From: Tetramitus jugosus | Taxonomy: Eukaryota; Protista; Heterolobosea | Direction: 5' to 3' | Assembly: GCA_937625935.1 (NCBI GenBank) | Contig: OW569356.1 | Location: 372,001-436,000, forward strand | DNA: 64,000 nucleotides | Shown: in pieces, positions 56,694 through 64,000 of the stretch | Layout: each line of letters starts with the position of its first letter | Numbering within the stretch: position 1 is the stretch's first letter | Program-made: the position numbers and the translations under genes | Notes under the pieces: model-generated | The model's database searches: none | Told to the model about the DNA's origin: nothing | What the model saw: the letters and a program-made list of their open reading frames with translations, nothing else

Positions 56694-59600
56694 ATGGTGT
56701 CCAGAACGAGTTCTCCGTCTTCACCACAATCACATTCTCCCACTATTGATATCGTGATGAATCGGAACGAACATGACGACGATCAACAAATAAATGGTGA
56801 TGAGGATGCACGTGGAATATCAATAGTTCCAAGCAGTAGTGCCATTGTAGGTGATATTGGATGGCTCACTCATCACAAGGAACATGATAAGCTAAGGTTT
56901 GACTACGTATTGGAACAACAAGAACAAGAACAAGAACAGGATAGTGAAATGTCGACGGAACAGCTTCAAGATCATTCTCATGATTTACACTCTGAAAACT
57001 CACAAGTGAATGAGGCCATTGGATCGATATCGACTTCTGATGTGGTAACGACAGCAGCAGCAACGACGACGACAAGTACGACAGGAGATGAACCTAGATC
57101 GAAGATGGAACGATTGATAGCGTTGATACATCGGTATAGACCACCGCTGAATATTACGCATGCGTTCAGGAAGAGCAAGAATGATAATTTGTTCAGTTTT
57201 GGTGATGAACCAAAACTGAGAGACGTTGAAATTGGTGGATATTTAATAAGCTCTAGGAAAAATAAGTTGAGGAGGATCATGAAGGCCCTAATCTTCAATC
57301 AATTAAGTCAATATTTGCTTGTTTTGTGCTCCATTGTGAGTGCTGTGATTATTGCAGTGGAGCCTCCGCCCTATGACATGCAACGATGGGCAAAAAGGAA
57401 CCTAGCATTGATTATCTTAGATATTATTTGCACAAGTGTGTTTACGATCGATATTGTGCTTCGAATGTGTGCACTGCTACCGCACTACTTTTTCATGTAT
57501 GATTTCCCCTTCAATATTATCGATTTGGTAGTAACTATCACGTCGTGGATACCCATCATAGGTCCTGCTAAATGGATGGCATATCCTATGCTACGATTGT
57601 TTACAAGAGGAATAAGGCCGTGTAAGCTCTTCAAAAACTTGTTTTCGTTTCGTATTATAGTAGCAATGGCTCGAAAAGGAATTAGGGAATTGGCTAATAT
57701 GATTATTTTAATTCTATTTGCAATGTGGGTATTTGCTCTCGTTGGTATGCTTTCGTTCAAAGGATCACTCAGGCGCAGATGTGTAGTAAAGGAAACTGGT
57801 GCGATATCTGATCCACCTCTATTTTGTAAGGCAACTAGTAACTCCTCCTTGAGCTCGCTTCAGTTTGCATGTCCAGATAATCAGATTTGTGTTGATATTG
57901 GCAGCAATCCGAATGGCGGGTACATGCATTTTGACAACTTACCTGGAGCTATGTTCCAAATATTTCAGGGCGTAACAATGGAGGGATGGACTGATATATT
58001 TTATGCTGTACAACGAGCAGAATATGCATACTTGACTGATATTTATTTTGTGCTGCTCGTGTTAAGTCTGGCATTCCTGTTAATGCAACTTCTGCTAGCT
58101 ACCATCGCAAATATATTTGAGGATGTTGCAAGTTCGTCCCACTTTTTGAATTCAAATTATGAGGCCAAATCGATCACATTATTTGGCTTTAATATATCAT
58201 TACAGAAAGGCAAGCAATTCCTAAAGACGTACTCAGCGAACATTATAACAAACAGGCGATTCTCTCTGCTGAGGGTATTTGAGCATCGAATTTATAATGC
58301 AATTATCTCACTGATCATAATCTGCAACATAACGCTGTTGTGCTTGGACTCGTATAAGATATCAAGAAGATTCGAACTGGCAATATACATTTGCGAGATC
58401 ATATTTACTTCGGTATTCTGCATCGAAGTTATTTTGAAGATTCTTTCTTACAATCCTCTCATCTACTTCTCATACAACGCGTTTAGATTTGAATTCGGAC
58501 TCGCTATCATTACCTTCATTGGCATATTTTTCCCGAAGGTGGCATTGCTTCAATGCATTCGCTTTTTGAGATTATTTCGGGTATTGAAAGCATTCAAACC
58601 GTTTGTGAAGATGATGTCTGATGTATTCCAGAGACCTATAGCTCTTTCAAACTTGCTCCTCTTATTGATGTACTTGATATTTACCTATGCTATCATCGGT
58701 ATGGCTCTATTTGGAGGAGAATTCCCAGATGACGAGAGCTATAACTTTAATAGCTTTCCCAAGGCATTCATTAGCACTTTTCAACTTTGTACTGTAGAGA
58801 ACTGGACAGATGCCTTGCTATTGGGCTTGAGCACTAAGACATGGTGGATGGCACATGTGTATGTCATTAGCTTCCTGGCCATCTCTCAGTACTTGATCTT
58901 GAATTGCTTCATTGCTTTGATTCTGCAAAACTTCTCTCTATCCGACGAAGAGAAGGTCGAATTAGAGAAAGATGTAGTAGAAAAGATGAGAAAGAGGTCG
59001 TTTTATCGCCCACCAAAGCACTTTATTGAACGAGTCAAGCTTCTATGGACCAAAATTTCACCCAGGAAGTTCTTTGCAGGAAAGAGTATGACTGATCGAA
59101 AGCACGAGCTGAAAAGAAAGCGAGATAGTATTGTATATTCATTAGATGTAGCATCTGGATATTCTTGGGCTACTATCGTTAGATCCCAGAGTGACTTGGC
59201 TCTGGAAACACCTGAAGAAGAAACATGGAAGGCCAAACTAATCAACCGAAGTCGCAACTATTCCCTATTTATTCTCAGTCCGACGAATGACATTCGAGAG
59301 ACTGCTCAATCGGTTGTAGACTCAGAATTCTTTGACATATTCATTTATTTTATGATCTCAGTCTCTTCAATCTTTCTGGTAAGTCTGACGTATCTTTTTC
59401 TTATATGTTGGTCGATTCCTATTAACTCGCATGAAAATGACAGGTATTTGACTCTCCTCTGAATGAGAATCACGGAATGTTTTTCAATCTGAATATATTC
59501 TTCAATGTTCTGTTTACCATTGAATTTATCATGAAGATTGTCGCGAAAGGGTTCATACTCACAGACACTGCTTACATATGGAAGCGCAACAACTTCATCG

Positions 59601-61693
59601 ATTTTATTGCCCTCATTTCGACATGGGCATCATTTATACAAGGACCAGTTCACTCACTAGTATGGCTACGTGTGTTCAGATTTATTCGCCCTCTTCAATT
59701 GCTCTCTAAGAGTAGGTCTCAGAAGATTCAGGAAATTTTGAATGCCTTCCTAGCATCCATTCCCTCACTTGCGAAGCTGGTTCTCATCTGGATTGTGTTT
59801 ATGATCTTTTTTGGAGCAAGTGCTATGCTATTGTTCCAAGGAAAACTCTACAAGTGCAATGATAGTAATATTGACCACCAGAAGGATTGCGTAGGTATTT
59901 ATCAAAATGACCTTGGAATCTATGTTCCCAGAAAGTACTCCAAGCCTGTGCTGCACTTTGATGATTTACTGAACTCTATATCCACTCTGTTCGCAGTTTC
60001 GAGTACAGAAGGTTGGCTGACTGTTTTGGACAACACAATGAGTTTCACAGACTATGGTTTGCAACCTCAATCATGGAACCACCCTGAGTATGCCATATTC
60101 TTCATCATTTTCATCACTCTTTTCACTTTTTTCTTGTTCGATGTTTCAGTTGGTGTGATTGTTGAGAAAACAAGAGAGATTAGAGGCGATGCTCTGTTAA
60201 CGTCAAAGCAAAAAGTTTATCGATATTTGGAGGCTATCGTATCAGACATGAAACCTCCCACCCGAAAGAAGGTACCAAACTCCTGGGCCGGGAGACTACT
60301 TTTTGATACATTCGGAGGATTCCGTAAGAGGAGCAAGCGATCACATATATTTACCGTGTGCGTGGGTCTAGTGATTATCGCACACTCTATTGTCATGTCT
60401 GTGCAATATTATGGTCAACCCAGGGGCTTAACTTTGGCGGTCGTCATACTCAATTCCCTATTCAATGTAATCTATGTGATCGAAGTTGCTTTAAAGTTGA
60501 TTGTCGTTTCACCAGAAAGATACTTTAGGAAAAGAGCATTTGTGTATGAATTCATAGTTGTGGTACTTGGTATCATGTCCTGTGCTGTCGATTATGCTGC
60601 TTATTTTAATCGAGTGAACACATCCCAAGTGCTCATCTACCTATCGAGATTGGTAATTGTTCTGAGAATGCTTCGGCTAATCAAGTTTTTCTCCTTCTCT
60701 ATCATATCTCGAGTGTTGATGGTGTCTCTACCCTATATAGTGAGTCTCTGTGCCTCCATGTTTGTATTCCTATTGATATTTGCAATTGTGGGTGTAGATA
60801 TGTGTGGAAAGACAAAGTTTGGTGTTGCTCTCAATCCACAGGTCAATTTCCAGAATACATATAATGCCATGCTCCTTTTATTCAGAGTTATCACAGGTGA
60901 GAATTGGCCCTTGATCATGCAAGATTGTGCTGTTCAATACCCCGATTGTGATCCAGCACTTAACGATTGTGGGTCCAACATGAGTCCATTCTATTTTATT
61001 ATTTTCCAGGTAGTTGGAGCCAATATTGTACTCAGTTTTATTATTGCTGGTATCGTGGATAATTTCGAATGGATATTGGCAAAAGAATCTAGTTTCTTGG
61101 GACGTGGTGGTGTAACAAAACGCTATAATTCTATTTGGAAGAAATTTGATATTACCAGCTACCACAAAGGCCGATTGCCAATCCATCAACTCAGAAGTTT
61201 CCTAATCGCCTTGGGCAATCCGTTGGGTGTTCAGGCTCTCCAATCTTCACAAACTACTACCGAAGATATTGGATTGGGATTGTCAAAAGAAGCACGATGG
61301 AGATATCGTTTGATTCGATATGAAGCAGAAGGTCAGAGTAATATGTCTGTTGAGTCACAAGGGCATAAGGTGGCTACTATCGAATACAACAAGCTTCTTC
61401 TCATCCTGTTGCGTCATATGATCAACATTGATGGTTTGAACTACCAAGAAAGAAGGAGAAGAAAGCGAGAGCTCGAAACAATGGCAGAAGAAATACGGAA
61501 GGACATTGTTCGATCGTTCCTTCTCATGTGCTTTCATCGACGTAGATTCAAGAAACATTTGCAGGAGAAGAATCAAGAGGTCAATGAAGTAGAAGAAAGT
61601 GATACTGTGAGTCTCAATCCATTTGATGACGAGTACTACAGCCCGCATGGTAGTCCCAACAGCCCAACAACAATCCATTCAACACAAGAATAA
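56694..61693 (+). CDS. Four-domain cation channel of the NALCN/Cch1 type, EEEE filter (intron 59379-59443)
   Basis: 4x6TM layout with pore loops TMEGW, TVENW, STEGW and TGENW; S4 Arg repeats. A phase-0 GTAAGT...CAG intron joins the two ORFs. Confidence 0.9.
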
Positions 61694-61732
61694 CAACAAT
61701 AGATCGTACTATCCAAAACTTATGATTGCTTT

Positions 61733-64000
61733 TTATTGGAACATGCTTCTTATCCTAGAGAACACATTCCTCCGTTTTTTTGTTTCCCCCCTCATGAGGT
61801 TAGCTAATGCCACATCAGAAAGTACATTGCGAAGTAGGTATGTCATTTGATCAGTCGTGGAGTTTGTAAGAAATGCTCGAATATCCCGCCTATGAATTGT
61901 GTCTAATAACTCCTCGAGAACAAAGTCAATGTTCCTCTTGTAATAAATGTGTGAAACGTACTTGAAGAAGAATTTCCACAAGCCTGTTTTAGTTTCCCTC
62001 ATATAACGATACTCAGGCTCGTCTTTCGATGTATACGTGTCGTACAGCTTCTTCACCACACTTTCTGATACCTTGAACTCACTTTTGGCGGAAGATGGAT
62101 GCAACTGTTGCAACTTAGCGTAGTACAAGTTCTCCCAAATGAAATCAGCAGAGGAAGCGGCATAGGTCATTGCATTTACAAGCGAAGTGCGACAAAGATC
62201 ACCCAAATTCATGAAGGAACACACATGACTGAGAGCATCTCCTGATATCTCACACAAAGATCGTGTTATCATGCGTGTACTACCATTATTGGATACCTTA
62301 CTCGTTTTGGTTGAGTCTTCATCGATATTGCCTAAATCAACTACCTGATAAAAGGTGGTCCGAATTTGAATACGCTCCTTTGTTTTAGCTCTTGTCCGTT
62401 CATGACCTGTTGATCCATTGACCTGCTCCCAATCCACAGTACAGCAAGTATTTGGCATACCTGGCAACAGATGAATATTGTTCTCAATGAGAAACTGCTT
62501 GGACAACTCAAAAGGCAAATGTGGGAACACTTGGGACAAATCAGAGGTCCTACCCTGTCTCAACTTCTCAACAAATACGTCCACCTTGTTCAAGAAGAGA
62601 TAAACAGGAACACCAGTCAGACAACTGCTATTCATCATCTCGCAAAACACTTGCATGGACTCATGGAGGCGATTCGTGGAATCATCTTCGTACAAGTTCT
62701 GATTGTATTCACTCAAACCTACAACGAACAATACTCCACCAAGCTTCCGCTCCCTGAGCACTGCCATCCACTTCTTTCTCTCACTCCGATGAGATCCCAT
62801 CAGAATCACATTTAGATTGGAGCCGACATTTGCTTCGTGAACATCTGACTCGAGAACACCTGTTGTCTTCACCCGCACCTTAAACAGATCATGCATACTT
62901 GGTATGTAATCAGATTGAGTAACCCTAGACAACTGACCGAACCAATAATCAGCATTTTCATGCAAATCACAGATACGGTGCTTGTAATGATCAAACACGA
63001 AGCGTATCAATGGCTCTCTGTGCCACAAATGACTGATTGCTTGAAAGACGTCACTTGAGAGACAGCAGTCTAGCCGTCTTTCAAATTCATCGAACCGTGC
63101 AATGGTGGAAATGGCATCTCTTGACTCTTGTGATAAACACTCGATTAAGAAGCATAGCTCACGATGCTCATGCTGAACAATGTCTTGAATTGTGTAAGTT
63201 TTACTGACTGGCTCTGCTCCATAAGAATCATTGTCATCAATACTGTCATCCTCCTCAGCCAACTGAGTTATGAGTCGGCGAGTGTATGACACGAGAGCAT
63301 ACATACTCATCACAATATTGTGATGAATAATGATAATGTATTGCGCTCTGTTTTGTGGATCATCAAACTCGTGATTATACACATTTTGTATGTGCCTATG
63401 TATCGTTGCCTTGCCTAAGATTACAACAAAGAACAACAATTGAAAAGAAACACTGTGTTAGCAAAAAAGCTCTCTCATTAAAGTAATGGTTGTAAACGAG
63501 AGAGGGCGCCAAAAACAGCGGACAAATCAATCAACCCCCTGAACCAACCATTTGAAAAAGCGAATCATCATATTTCACACATACCTCCTTCACCTGCGCC
63601 CAAAAATACAACGCTTGTCATCTCTCCCTTTCTCCTCCTCTGTTCTTCATAATTCTTCTTAAAATAAAGCTTTGACTTCATATAATATCTCTTTTGCCTC
63701 ATTGGCTGCTTCAGAATGCTAGCGCTATTGCCATGAGGACTCACACTATCGTCACTGCTGTTTCCACTACTGTTACCTCCACTGCTACCCCGTCCATGCC
63801 GCATCATCTTTGGTGAATGATCCGTTATCGTTGAAGAAGCATGATGGAAAAAACTTGAGCTATTATTATTATTGTTGTTGTTATAACTATGATTACTATT
63901 ATTGTTTGATGTTGAGTGATGATGGTTGTTATTCGTATTATTATTATTGTTGTTGTTGTTATTACTATTGTTATGACTACTATAATCATCAGAATATCTG
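61733..64000 (-). CDS. Atypical G-protein alpha subunit with internal F-box and Asn-rich N-terminal extension (intron 63415-63584; 5' end beyond the window)
   Basis: Spliced P-loop FLGAGEG|GKAT, RVKTTGV, RSERKKW, LYEDDSTNRLHES and LFLNKVD; F-box LCEISGDALSHVCSFMNLGDLCRTSLVN..IW. The frame stays open through poly-Asn to the window edge. Confidence 0.85.

Noticed and set aside
63858-63990. (TAT/TGT)n microsatellite-like tract
   Set aside because: Reads as in-frame poly-Asn of the G-alpha gene on the minus strand.

Overview
Gene-dense, intron-poor genomic DNA from a unicellular eukaryote. It has short GT-AG introns with CTAAC-type branch sites, and the gene repertoire resembles heterolobosean (Naegleria-like) amoeboflagellates, although the taxon cannot be proven from the window. 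It holds about 25 protein genes (coronin, PCNA, SURF1, DUS4, threonine aldolase, nucleolin-like, SPF30, a NALCN-like four-domain channel, a hybrid Ser/Thr-His kinase, an alanine racemase, a G-alpha/F-box fusion and others), three tRNA genes (2x Thr-AGT, 1x Asp-GTC) and a decayed DNA-transposon island (MULE-PHD plus a Harbinger/ISL2EU relic). Main result: all three tRNA genes carry a 5'-truncated copy of the same non-LTR retrotransposon family about 30-55 bp upstream, always antisense and with the 5' end facing the tRNA. One copy has a perfect 17-bp target-site duplication and an A25 tail, one locus has two stacked copies, and the two young copies share a three-hairpin 3' UTR that keeps its pairing despite sequence changes. 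This looks like a Pol III-guided, position-specific tRNA-targeting LINE system analogous to Dictyostelium TRE5.
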